NCBI GenBank assembly: GCA_964247055.1
Contig: OZ176050.1
Coordinates: 868,001-932,000 of the forward strand
DNA length: 64,000 bases
Origin: Paragordius varius
Lineage: Eukaryota > Animalia > Nematomorpha
Direction: 5' to 3'
The position numbers and the translations under genes were made by a program. Positions 39,951-53,600 of this stretch are shown here, piece after piece (the stretch's first letter is position 1; each line of letters starts with the position of its first letter). The notes below the pieces were generated by a model, which worked only from the letters and a program-made list of their open reading frames with translations, had not been told where the DNA came from and made no database searches.

Positions 39951-42900
39951 GATCGGAATATAAATGTAATTTTTATGAAGTTTTTAAATATTTAAAAAAT
40001 TTATTTTATACGATTTTAAAAATAAAAATGGCTACCTAAAATCCAAATTTGATCAGGTGATGTCACCATAATTTTTTTTGGGTAGCCCTATGGTAGTTCC
40101 ATCATCACCCCAAATATTTTCGAGATCGGAATATAAATGTAATTTTTATGAAGTTTTTAAATATTTAAAAAATTTATTTTATACGATTTTAAAAATAAAA
40201 ATGGCTACCTAAAATCCAAATTTGATCAGGTGATGTCCCCATAATTTTTTTTGGGTAGCCCTATGGTAGTTCCATCATCACCCCAAATATTTTCGAGATC
40301 GGAGTATAAATGTAATTTTTATGAATTTTTTAAATATTTAAAAAATTTATTTTATACGATTTTAAAAATAAAAATGGCTACCTAAAATCCAAATTTGATC
40401 AGGTGATGTCACCATAATTTTTTTTGCGTAGCCCTATGGTAGTTCCATCATCACCCCAAATATTTTGGGGATCGGACTATAAATGTAATTTTTATGAATT
40501 TTTTAAATATTTAAAAAATTTATTTTATACGATTTTAAAAATAAAAATGGCTACCTAAAATCCAAATTTGATCAGGTGATGTCACCATAATTTTTTTTGG
40601 GTAGCCCTATGGTAGTTCCATCATCACCCCAAATATTTTGGGGATCGGACTATAAATGTAATTTTTATGAATATTTAAAAAATTTATTTTATACGATTTT
40701 AAAAATAAAAATGGCTACCTAAAATCCAAATTTGATCAGGTGATGTCACCATAATTTTTTTTGGGTAGCCCAATGGTAGTTCCATCATCACCCCAAATAT
40801 TGTCGAGATCGGAGTATAAATGTAAGTTTTTTGAATTTTTTAAATATTTAAAAAATTTGTTTTATACGATTTTAAAAATAAAAATGGCTACCTAAAATCC
40901 AAATTTGATCAGGTGATGTCACCATAATTTTTTTTGCGTAGCCCTATGGTAGTTCCATCATCACGCCAAATATTTTGGGGATCGGACTATAAATGTAATT
41001 TTTATGAATTTTTTAAATATTTAAAAAATTTATTTTATACGATTTTAAAAATAAAAATGGCTACCTAAAATCCAAATTTGATCAGGTGATGTCACCATAA
41101 TTTTTTTTGGGTAGCCCTATGGTAGTTCCATCATCACCCCAAATATTTTCGAGATCGGAATATAAATGTAATTTTTATGAAGTTTTTAAATATTTAAAAA
41201 ATTTATTTTATACGATTTTAAAAATAAAAATGGCTACCTAAAATCCAAATTTGATCAGGTGATGTCACCATAATTTTTTTTGGGTAGCCCTATGGTAGTT
41301 CCATCATCACCCCAAATATTTTCGAGATCGGAATATAAATGTAATTTTTATGAAGTTTTTAAATATTTAAAAAATTTATTTTATACGATTTTAAAAATAA
41401 AAATGGCTACCTAAAATCCAAATTTGATCAGGTGATGTCGCCATAATTTTTTTTGGGTAGCCCTATGGTAGTTCCATCCTCACCCCAAATATTTTCGAGA
41501 TCGGAGTATAAATGTAATTTTTTTGAATTTTTTAAATATTTAAAAAATTTATTTTATACGATTTTAAAAATGAAAATGGCTACCTAAAATCCAAATTTGA
41601 TCAGGTGTCACCATAATTTTTTTTGCGTAGCCCTATGGTAGTTCCATCATCACCCCAAATATTTTGGGGATCGGACTATAAATGTAATTTTATGAATTTT
41701 TTAAATATATAAAAAATTTATTTTATACGATTTTAAAAATAAAAATGGCTACCTAAAATCCAAATTTGATCAGGTGATGTCACCATAATTTTTTTTGGGT
41801 AGCCCTATGGTAGTTCCATCATCACCCCAAATATTTTCGAGATCGGAATATAAATGTAATTTTTATGAAGTTTTTAAATATTTAAAAAATTTATTCTATA
41901 CGATTTTAAAAATAAAAATGGCTACCTAAAATCCAAATTTGATCAGGTGTCACCATAATTTTTTTTGCGTAGCCCTATGGTAGTTCCATCATCACCCCAA
42001 ATATTGTCGAGATCGGAGTATAAATGTAAGTTTTTTGAATTTTTTAAATATTTAAAAAATTTATTTTATACGATTTTAAAAATAAAAATGGCTACCTAAA
42101 ATCCAAATTTGATCAGGTGATGTCACCATAATTTTTTTTGCGTAGCCCTATGGTAGTTCCATCATCACCCCAAATATTTTGGGGATCGGACTATAAATGT
42201 AATTTTTATGAATTTTTTAAATATTTAAAAAATTTATTTTATACGATTTTAAAAATAAAAATGGCTACCTAAAATCCAAATTTGATCAGGTGATGTCACC
42301 ATAATTTTTTTTGGGTAGCCCTATGGTAGTTCCATCATCACCCCAAATATTGTCGAGATCGGAGTATAAATGTAATTTTTTTGAATTTTTTAAATATTTA
42401 AAAAATTTATTTATACGATTTTAAAAATAAAAATGGCTACCTAAAATCCAAATTTGATCAGGTGATGTCGCCATAATTTTTTTTGCGTAGTCCTATGGTA
42501 GTTCCATCATCACCCCAAATATTTTGGGGATCGGACTATAAATGTAATTTTTATGAATATTTAAAAAATTTATTTTATACGATTTTAAAAATAAAAATGG
42601 CTACCTAAAATCCAAATTTGATCAGGTGATGTCACCATAATTTTTTTTGGGTAGCCCAATGGTAGTTCCATCATCACCCCAAATATTGTAGAGATCGGAG
42701 TATAAATGTAAGTTTTTTGAATTTTTTAAATATTTAAAAAAATTATTTTATACGATTTTAAAAATAAAAATGGCTACCTAAAATCCAAATTTGATCAGGT
42801 GTCACCATAATTTTTTTTGCGTAGCCCTATGGTAGTTCCATCATCACCCCAAATATTTTGGGGATCGGACTATAAATGTAATTTTATGAATTTTTTAAAT

Positions 42901-45900
42901 ATTTAAAAAATTTATTTTATACGATTTTAAAAATAAAAATGGCTACCTAAAATCCAAATTTGATCAGGTGATGTCACCATAATTTTTTTTGGGTAGCCCT
43001 ATGGTAGTTCCATCATCACCCCAAATATTTTCGAGATCGGAATATAAATATAATTTTTATGAAGTTTTTAAATATTTAAAAAATTTATTTTATACGATTT
43101 TAAAAATAAAAATGGCTACCTAAAATCCAAATTTGATCAGGTGATGTCACCATAATTTTTTTTGGGTAGCCCTATGGTAGTTCCATCATCACCCCAAATA
43201 TTGTCGAGATCGGAGTATAAATGTAATTTTTTTGAATTTTTTAAATATTTAAAAAATTTATTTATACGATTTTAAAAATAAAAATGGCTACCTAAAATCC
43301 AAATTTGATCAGGTGATGTCGCCATAATTTTTTTTGCGTAGCCCTATGGTAGTTCCATCATCACCCCAAATATTTTGGGGATCGGACTATAAATGTAATT
43401 TTTATGAATATTTAAAAAATTTATTTTATACGATTTTAAAAATAAAAATGGCTACCTAAAATCCAAATTTGATCAGGTGATGTCACCATAATTTTTTTTG
43501 GGTAGCCCAATGGTAGTTCCATCATCACCCCAAATATTGTCGAGATCGGAGTATAAATGTAAGTTTTTTGAATTTTTTAAATATTTAAAAAATTTATTTT
43601 ATACGATTTTAAAAATAAAAATGGCTACCTAAAATCCAAATTTGATCAGGTGATGTGACCATAATTTTTTTTGCGTAGCCCTATGGTAGTTCCATCATCA
43701 CCCCAAATATTTTGGGGATCGGACTATAAATGTAATTTTTATGAATTTTTTAAATATTTAAAAAATTTATTTTATACGATTTTAAAAATAAAAATGGCTA
43801 CCTAAAATCCAAATTTGATCAGGTGATGTCACCATAATTTTTTTTGGGTAGCCCTATGGTAGTTCCATCATCACCCCAAATATTTTCGAGATCGGAATAT
43901 AAATGTAATTTTTATGAAGTTTTTAAATATTTAAAAAATTTATTTTATACGATTTTAAAAATAAAAATGGCTACCTAAAATCCAAATTTGATCAGGTGAT
44001 GTCGCCATAATTTTTTTTGGGTAGCCCTATGGTAGTTCCATCCTCAGCCCAAATATTTTCGAGATCGGAGTATAAATGTAATTTTTTTGAATTTTTTAAA
44101 TATTTAAAAAATTTATTTTATACGATTTTAAAAATGAAAATGGCTACCTAAAATCCAAATTTGATCAGGTGTCACCATAATTTTATTTGCGTAGCCCTAT
44201 GGTAGTTCCATCATCACCCCAAATATTTTGGGGATCGGACTATAAATGTAATTTTATGAATTTTTTAAATATATAAAAAATTTATTTTATACGATTTTAA
44301 AAATAAAAATGGCTACCTAAAATCCAAATTTGATCAGGTGATGTCACCATAATTTTTTTTGGGTAGCCCTATGGTAGTTCCATCATCACCCCAAATATTT
44401 TCGAGATCGGAATATAAATGTAATTTTTATGAAGTTTTTAAATATTTAAAAAATTTATTCTATACGATTTTAAAAATAAAAATGGCTACCTAAAATCCAA
44501 ATTTGATCAGGTGTCACCATAATTTTTTTTGCGTAGCCCTATGGTAGTTCCATCATCACCCCAAATATTGTCGAGATCGGAGTATAAATGTAAGTTTTTT
44601 GAATTTTTTAAATATTTAAAAAATTTATTTTATACGATTTTAAAAATAAAAATGGCTACCTAAAATCCAAATTTGATCAGGTGATGTCACCATAATTTTT
44701 TTTGCGTAGCCCTATGGTAGTTCCATCATCACCCCAAATATTTTGGGGATCGGACTATAAATGTAATTTTTATGAATTTTTTAAATATTTAAAAAATTTA
44801 TTTTATACGATTTTAAAAATAAAAATGGCTACCTAAAATCCAAATTTAATCAGGTGATGTCACCATATTTTTTTTTGTGTAGCCCTATGGTAGTTCCATC
44901 ATCACCCCAAATATTTTGGGGATTGGACTATAAATGTAATTTTTATGAATTTTTTAAATATTTAAAAAATTTATTTTATACGATTTTTAAAATAAAAATG
45001 GCTAGATAAAATCCAAATTTGATCAGGTGATGTCACTATATTTTTTTTGGGAGCCCTATGGTAGTTCCAACATCACCCCAAATATTTTCGAGATCGGAGT
45101 ATAAATGTAATTTTTATGAATTTTTTAAATATTTAAAAAATTTATTTTATACGATTTTAAAAATAAAAATGGCTACCTAAAATCCAAATTTGATCAGGTG
45201 ATGTCACCATAATTTTTTTTGCGTAGCCCTATGGTAGTTCCATCATCACCCCAAATATTTTGGGGATCGGACTATAAATGTAATTTTATGAATTTTTTAA
45301 ATATATAAAAAATTTATTTTATACGATTTTAAAAATAAAAATGGCTACCTAAAATCCAAATTTGATCAGGTGATGTCACCATAATTTTTTTTGGGTAGCC
45401 CTATGGTAGTTCCATCATCACCCCAAATATTTTCGAGATCGGAATATAAATGTAATTTTTATGAAGTTTTTAAATATTTAAAAAATTTATTCTATACGAT
45501 TTTAAAAATAAAAATGGCTACCTAAAATCCAAATTTGATCAGGTGTCACCATAATTTTTTTTGCGTAGCCCTATGGTAGTTCCATCATCATTCCAAATAT
45601 TTTGGGGATCGGACTATAAATGTAATTTTTATGAATTTTTTAAATATTTAAAAAATTTATTTTATACGATTTTAAAAATAAAAATGGCTACCTAAAATCC
45701 AAATTTGATCAGGTGATGTCACCATAATTTTTTTTGGGTATCCCTATGGTAGTTCCATCATCACCCCAAATATTTTCGAGATCGGAATATAAATGTAATT
45801 TTTATGAAGTTTTTAAATATTTAAAAAATTTATTTTATACGATTTTAAAAATAAAAATGGCTACCTAAAATCCAAATTTGATCAGGTGATGCCCCATAAT

Positions 45901-47649
45901 TTTTTTTGGGTAGCCCTATGGTAGTTCCATCATCACCCCAAATATTTTCGAGATCGGAGTATAAATGTAATTTTTATGAATTTTTTAAATATTTAAAAAA
46001 TTTATTTTATACGATTTTAAAAATAAAAATGGCTACCTAAAATCCAAATTTGATCAGGTGATGTCACCATAATTTTTTTTGGGTAGCCCAATGGTAGTTC
46101 CATCATCACCCCAAATATTGTCGAGATCGGAGTATAAATGTAATTTTTTTGAATTTTTTAAATATTTATAAAATTTATTTTATACGATTTTAAAAATAAA
46201 AATGGCTACCTAAAATCCAAATTTGATCAGGTGTCACCATAATTTTTTTTGCGTAGCCCTATGGTAGTTCCATCATCACCCCAAATATTTTGGGGATCGG
46301 ACTATAAATGTAATTTTTATGAATTTTTTAAATATTTAAAAAATTTATTTTATACGATTATAAAAATAAAAATGGCTACCTAAAATCCAAATTTAATCAG
46401 GTGATGTCACCATATTTTTTTTTGTGTAGCCCTATGGTAGTTCCATCATCACCCCAAATATTTTGGGGATCGGACTATAAATGTAATTTTTATGAATTTT
46501 TTAAATATTTAAAAAATTTATTTTATACGATTTTTAAAATAAAAATGGCTAGATAAAATCCAAATTTGATCAGGTGATGTCACTATATTTTTTTTGGGAG
46601 CCCTATGGTAGTTCCATCATCACCCCAAATATTTTCGAGATCGGAGTATAAATGTAATTTTTATGAATTTTTTAAATATTTAAAAAATTTATTTTATACG
46701 ATTTTAAAAATAAAAATGGCTACCTAAAATCCAAATTTGATCAGGTGATGTCACCATAATTTTTTTTGGGTAGCCCTATGGTAGTTCCATCATCACCCCA
46801 AATATTTTCGAGATCGGAGTATAAATGTAATTTTTATGAATTTTTTAAATATTTAAAAAATTTATTTTATACGATTATAAAAATAAAAATGGCTACCTAA
46901 AATCCAAATTTAATCAGGTGATGTCACCATATTTTTTTTTGTGTAGCCCTATGGTAGTTCCATCATCACCCCAAATATTTTGGGGATCGGAATATAAATG
47001 TAATTTTTATGAATTTTTTAAATATTTAAAAAATTTATTTTATACGATTTTAAAAATAAAAATGGCTAGATAAAATCCAAATTTGATCAGGTGATGTCAC
47101 TATATTTTTTTTGGGAGCCCTATGGTAGTTCCATCATCACCCCAAATATTTTCGAGATCGGAGTATAAATGTAATTTTTATGAATTTTTTAATTATTTAA
47201 AAAATTTATTTTATACGATTTTAAAAATAAAAATGGCTACCTAAAATCCAAATTTGATCAGGTGATGTCACCATATTTTTTTTTGGGTAGCCCTATGGTA
47301 GTTCCGTCATCACCCCAAATATTTTCGAGATCAGAGTATAAATGTAATTTTTATGAATTTTTTAAATATTTAAAAAATTTATTTTATACGATTTTAAAAA
47401 TAAAAATGGCTACCTAAAATCCAAATTTGATCAGGTGATGTCACTATAATTTTTTTTGGGTAGCCCTATGGTAGTTCCATCATCACCCCAAATATTTTCG
47501 AGATCGGAGTATAAATGTAATTTTTATGAATTTTTTAAATATTTAAAAAATTTATTTTATACGATTTTAAAAATAAAAATGGCTACCTAAAATCCAAATT
47601 TGATCAGGTGATGTCACCATAATTTTTTTTGGGTAGCCCTATGGTAGTT

Positions 47650-50600
47650 CCATCATCACCCCAAATATTTTCGAGATCGGAGTATAAATGTAATTTTTAT
47701 GAATTTTTTAAATATTTAAAAAATTTATTTTATATGATTTTAAAAATAAAAATGGATACCTAAAATCCAAATTTGATCAGGTGATGTCGCCATAATTTTT
47801 TTTGGGTAGCCCTATGGTAGTTCCATCATAACCCCAAATATTTTTGAGATCGGACTTTAATTGTAATTTTTATGAATTTTTTAAATATTTAAAAAATTTA
47901 TTTTATACGATTTTAAAAATAAAAATGGCTACCTAAAATCCAAATTTGATCAGGTGATGTCGCCATAATTTTTTTTGGGTAGCCCTATAGTAGTTCCATC
48001 ATCACCCCAAATATTTTCGAGATCGGAGTATAAATGTAATTTTTATGAATTTTTTAAATATTTAAAAAATTTATTTTATACGATTTTAAAAATAAAAATG
48101 GCTACCTAAAATCCAAATTTGATCAGGTGATGTCACCATATTTTTTTTTGGGTAGCCCTATGGTAGTTCCATCATCACCCCAAATATTTTCGAGATCGGA
48201 GTATAAATGTAATTTTTATGAATTTTTTAAATATTTAAAAAATTTATTTTATACGATTTTAAAAATAAAAATGGCTACCTAAAATCCAAATTTGATCAGG
48301 TGATGTCGCCATAATTTTTTTTGAGTAGCCCTATGGTAGTTCCATCATAACCCCAAATATTTTCGAGATCGGAGTATAAATGTAATTTTTATGAATTTTT
48401 TAAATATTTAAAAAATTTATTTTATACGATTTTAAAAATAAAAATGGCTACCTAAAATCCAAATTTGATCAGGTGATGTCACCATAATTTTTTTTGGGTA
48501 GCCCTATGGTAGTTCCATCATCACCCCAAATATTTTCGAGATCGGAGTATAAATGTAATTTTTATGAATTTTTTAAATATTTAAAAAATTTATTTTATAT
48601 GATTTTAAAAATAAAAATGGATACCTAAAATCCAAATTTGATCAGGTGATGTCGCCATAATTTTTTTTGGGTAGCCCTATGGTAGTTCCATCATAACCCC
48701 AAATATTTTTGAGATCGGACTTTAATTGTAATTTTTATGAATTTTTTAAATATTTAAAAAATTTATTTTATACGATTTTAAAAATAAAAATGGCTACCTA
48801 AAATCCAAATTTGATCAGGTGATGTCACCATAATTTTTTTTGGGTAGCCCTATGGTAGTTCCATCATCACCCCAAATATTTTCGAGATCGGAGTATAAAT
48901 GTAATTTTTATGAATTTTTTTAAATATTTAAAAAATTTATTTTATACGATTTTAAAAATAAAAATGGCTACCTAAAATCCAAATTTGATCAGGTGATGTC
49001 ACCATAATTTTTTTTGGGTAGCCCTATGGTAGTTCCATCATCACCCCAAATATTTTCGAGATCGGAGTATAAATGTAATTTTTATGAATTTTTTAAATAT
49101 TTAAAAAATTTATTTTATACGATTTAAAAAATAAAAATGGCTACCTAAAATCCAAATTTGATCAGGTGATGTCGCCATAATTTTTTTTGGGTAGCCCTAT
49201 GGTAGTTCCATCATCACCCCAAATATTTTCGAGATCGGAGTATAAATGTAATTTTTTTGAATTTTTTAAATATTTAAAAAATTTATTTTATACGATTTTA
49301 AAAATAAAAATGGCTACCTAAAATCCAAATTTGATCAGGTGATGTCACCATAATTTTTTTTGGGTAGCCCTATGGTAGTTCCATCATCACCCCAAATATT
49401 TTCGAGATCGGAGTATAAATGTAATTTTTATGAATTTTTTTAAATATTTAAAAAATTTATTTTATACGATTTTAAAAATAAAAATGGCTACCTAAAATCC
49501 AAATTTGATCAGGTGATGTCACCATAATTTTTTTTGGGTAGCCCTATGGTAGTTCCATCATCACCCCAAATATTTTCGAGATCGGAGTATAAATGTAATT
49601 TTTATGAATTTTTTAAATATTTAAAAAATTTATTTTATACGATTTAAAAAATAAAAATGGCTACCTAAAATCCAAATTTGATCAGGTGATGTCGCCATAT
49701 TTTTTTTTGGGTAGCCCTATGGTAGTTCCATCATAACCCCAAATATTTTTGAGATCGGACTTTAAATGTAATTTTTTTGAATTTTTTAAATATTTAAAAA
49801 ATTTATTTTATACGATTTTAAAAATAAAAATGGCTACCTAAAATCCAAATTTGATCAGGTGATGTCGCCATAATTTTTTTTGGGTAGCCCTATGGTAGTT
49901 CCATCATCACCCCAAATATTTTCGAGATCGGAGTATAAATGTAATTTTTATGAATTTTTTTAAATATTTAAAAAATTTATTTTATACGATTTTAAAAATA
50001 AAAATGGCTACCTAAAATCCAAATTTGATCAGGTGATGTCACCATAATTTTTTTTGGGTAGCCCTATGGTAGTTCCATCATCACCCCAAATATTTTCGAG
50101 ATCGGAGTATAAATGTAATTTTTATGAATTTTTTAAATATTTAAAAAATTTATTTTATACGATTTAAAAAATAAAAATGGCTACCTAAAATCCAAATTTG
50201 ATCAGGTGATGTCGCCATAATTTTTTTTGGGTAGCCCTATGGTAGTTCCATCATAACCCCAAATATTTTTGAGATCGGACTTTAAATGTAATTTTTATGA
50301 ATTTTTTAAATATTTAAAAAATTTATTTTAGACGATTTTAAAAATAAAAATGGCTACCTAAAATCCAAATTTGATCAGGTGATGTCACCATATTTTTTTT
50401 TGGGTAGCCCTATGGTAGTTCCATCATCACCCCAAATATTTTCGAGATCGGAGTATAAATGTAATTTTTATGAATTTTTTAAATATTTAAAAAATTTATT
50501 TTATACGATTTTAAAAATAAAAATGGCTACCTAAAATCCAAATTTGATCAGGTGATGTCACCATAATTTTTTTTGGGTAGCCCTATGGTAGTTCCATCAT

Positions 50601-53600
50601 CACCCCAAATATTTTCGAGATCGGAGTATAAATGTAATTTTTATGAATTTTTTAAATATTTAAAAAATTTATTTTATACGATTTAAAAAATAAAAATGGC
50701 TACCTAAAATCCAAATTTGATCAGGTGATGTCGCCATAATTTTTTTTGGGTAGCCCTATGGTAGTTCCATCATCACCCCAAATATTTTCGAGATCGGAGT
50801 ATAAATGTAATTTTTTTGAATTTTTTAAATATTTAAAAAATTTATTTTATACGATTTTAAAAATAAAAATGGCTACCTAAAATCCAAATTTGATCAGGTG
50901 ATGTCACCATAATTTTTTTTGGGTAGCCCTATGGTAGTTCCATCATCACCCCAAATATTTTCGAGATCGGAGTATAAATGTAATTTTTATGAATTTTTTT
51001 AAATATTTAAAAAATTTATTTTATACGATTTTAAAAATAAAAATGGCTACCTAAAATCCAAATTTGATCAGGTGATGTCACCATAATTTTTTTTGGGTAG
51101 CCCTATGGTAGTTCCATCATCACCCCAAATATTTTCGAGATCGGAGTATAAATGTAATTTTTATGAATTTTTTAAATATTTAAAAAATTTATTTTATACG
51201 ATTTAAAAAATAAAAATGGCTACCTAAAATCCAAATTTGATCAGGTGATGTCGCCATATTTTTTTTTGGGTAGCCCTATGGTAGTTCCATCATAACCCCA
51301 AATATTTTTGAGATCGGACTTTAAATGTAATTTTTTATAATTTTTTAAATATTTAAAAAATTTATTTTATACGATTTTAAAAATAAAAATGGCTACCTAA
51401 AATCCAAATTTGATCAGGTGATGTCGCCATAATTTTTTTTGGGTAGCCCTATGGTAGTTCCATCATCACCCCAAATATTTTCGAGATCGGAGTATAAATG
51501 TAATTTTTATGAATTTTTTTAAATATTTAAAAAATTTATTTTATACGATTTTAAAAATAAAAATGGCTACCTAAAATCCAAATTTGATCAGGTGATGTCA
51601 CCATAATTTTTTTTGGGTAGCCCTATGGTAGTTCCATCATCACCCCAAATATTTTCGAGATCGGAGTATAAATGTAATTTTTATGAATTTTTTAAATATT
51701 TAAAAAATTTATTTTATACGATTTAAAAAATAAAAATGGCTACCTAAAATCCAAATTTGATCAGGTGATGTCGCCATAATTTTTTTTGGGTAGCCCTATG
51801 GTAGTTCCATCATAACCCCAAATATTTTTGAGATCGGACTTTAAATGTAATTTTTATGAATTTTTTAAATATTTAAAAAATTTATTTTAGACGATTTTAA
51901 AAATAAAAATGGCTACCTAAAATCCAAATTTGATCAGGTGATGTCACCATATTTTTTTTGGGTAGCCCTATGGTAGTTCCATCATCACCCCAAATATTTT
52001 CGAGATCGGAGTATAAATGTAATTTTTATGAATTTTTTAAATATTTAAAAAATTTATTTTATACGATTTTAAAAATAAAAATGGCTACCTAAAATCCAAA
52101 TTTGATCAGGTGATGTCACCATAATTTTTTTTGGGTAGCCCTATGGCAGTTCCATCATCACCCCAAATATTTTCGAGATCGGAGTATAAATGTAATTTTT
52201 ATGAATTTTTTAAATATTTAAAAAATTTATTTTATACGATTTTAAAAATAAAAATGGCTACCTAAAATCCAAATTTGATCAGGTGATGTCACCATAATTT
52301 TTTTTGGGTAGCCCTATGGTAGTTCCATCATCACCCCAAATATTTTCGAGATCGGAGTATAAATGTAATTTTTATGAATTTTTTAAATATTTAAAAAATT
52401 TATTTTATACGATTTTAAAAATAAAAATGGCTACCTAAAATCCAAATTTGATCAGGTGATGTCGCCATAATTTTTTTTGGGTAGCCCTATAGTAGTTCCA
52501 TCATCACCCCAAATATTTTCGAGATCGGAGTATAAATGTAATTTTTATGAATTTTTAAAATATTTAAAAAATTTATTTTATACGATTTCAAAAATAAAAA
52601 TGGCTACCTAAAATCCAAATTTGATCAGGTGATGTCACCATAATTTTTTTGGGGTAGCCCTATGGTAGTTCCATCATCACCCCAAATATTGTCGAGATCG
52701 GAGTATAAATGTAATTTTTTTGAATTTTTTAAATATTTAAAAAATTTATTTTATACGATTTTAAAAATAAAAATGGCTACCTAAAATCCAAATTTAATCA
52801 GGTGATGTCACCATAATTTTTTTTGGGTAGCCCTATGGTAGTTCCATCATCACCCCAAATATTTTCGAGATCGGAGTATAAATGTAATTTTTATGAATTT
52901 TTTAAATATTTAAAAAATTTATTTTATACGATTTTAAAAACAAAAATGGCTACCTAAAATCCAAATTTGATCAGGTGATGTCGCCATAATTTTTTTTGGG
53001 TAGCCCTATAGTCGTTCCATCATCACCCCAAATATTTTCGAGATCGGAGTATAAATGTAATTTTTATGAATTTTTTAAATATTTAAAAAATTTATTTTAT
53101 ACGATTTTAAAAATAAAAATGGCTACCTAAAATCCAAATTTGATCAGGTGATGTCACCATATTTTTTTTTGGGTAGCCCTATGGTAGTTCCATCATCACC
53201 CCAAATATTTTCGAGATCGGAGTATAAATGTAATTTTTTTGAATTTTTTAAATATTTAAAAAATTTATTTTATACGATTTTAAAAATAAAAATGGCTACC
53301 TAAAATCCAAATTTGATCAGGTGATGTCGCCATAATTTTTTTTGGGTAGCCCTATGGTAGTTCCATCATAACCCCAAATATTTTCGAGATCGGAGTATAA
53401 ATGTAATTTTTATGAATTTTTTAAATATTTAAAAAATTTATTTTATACGATTTTAAAAATAAAAATGGCTACCTAAAATCCAAATTTGATCAGGTGATGT
53501 CACCATAATTTTTTTTGGGTCGTATGGTAGTTCCATCATCACCCCAAATATTTTCGAGATCGGAGTATAAATGTAATTTTTATGAATTTTTTAAATATTT

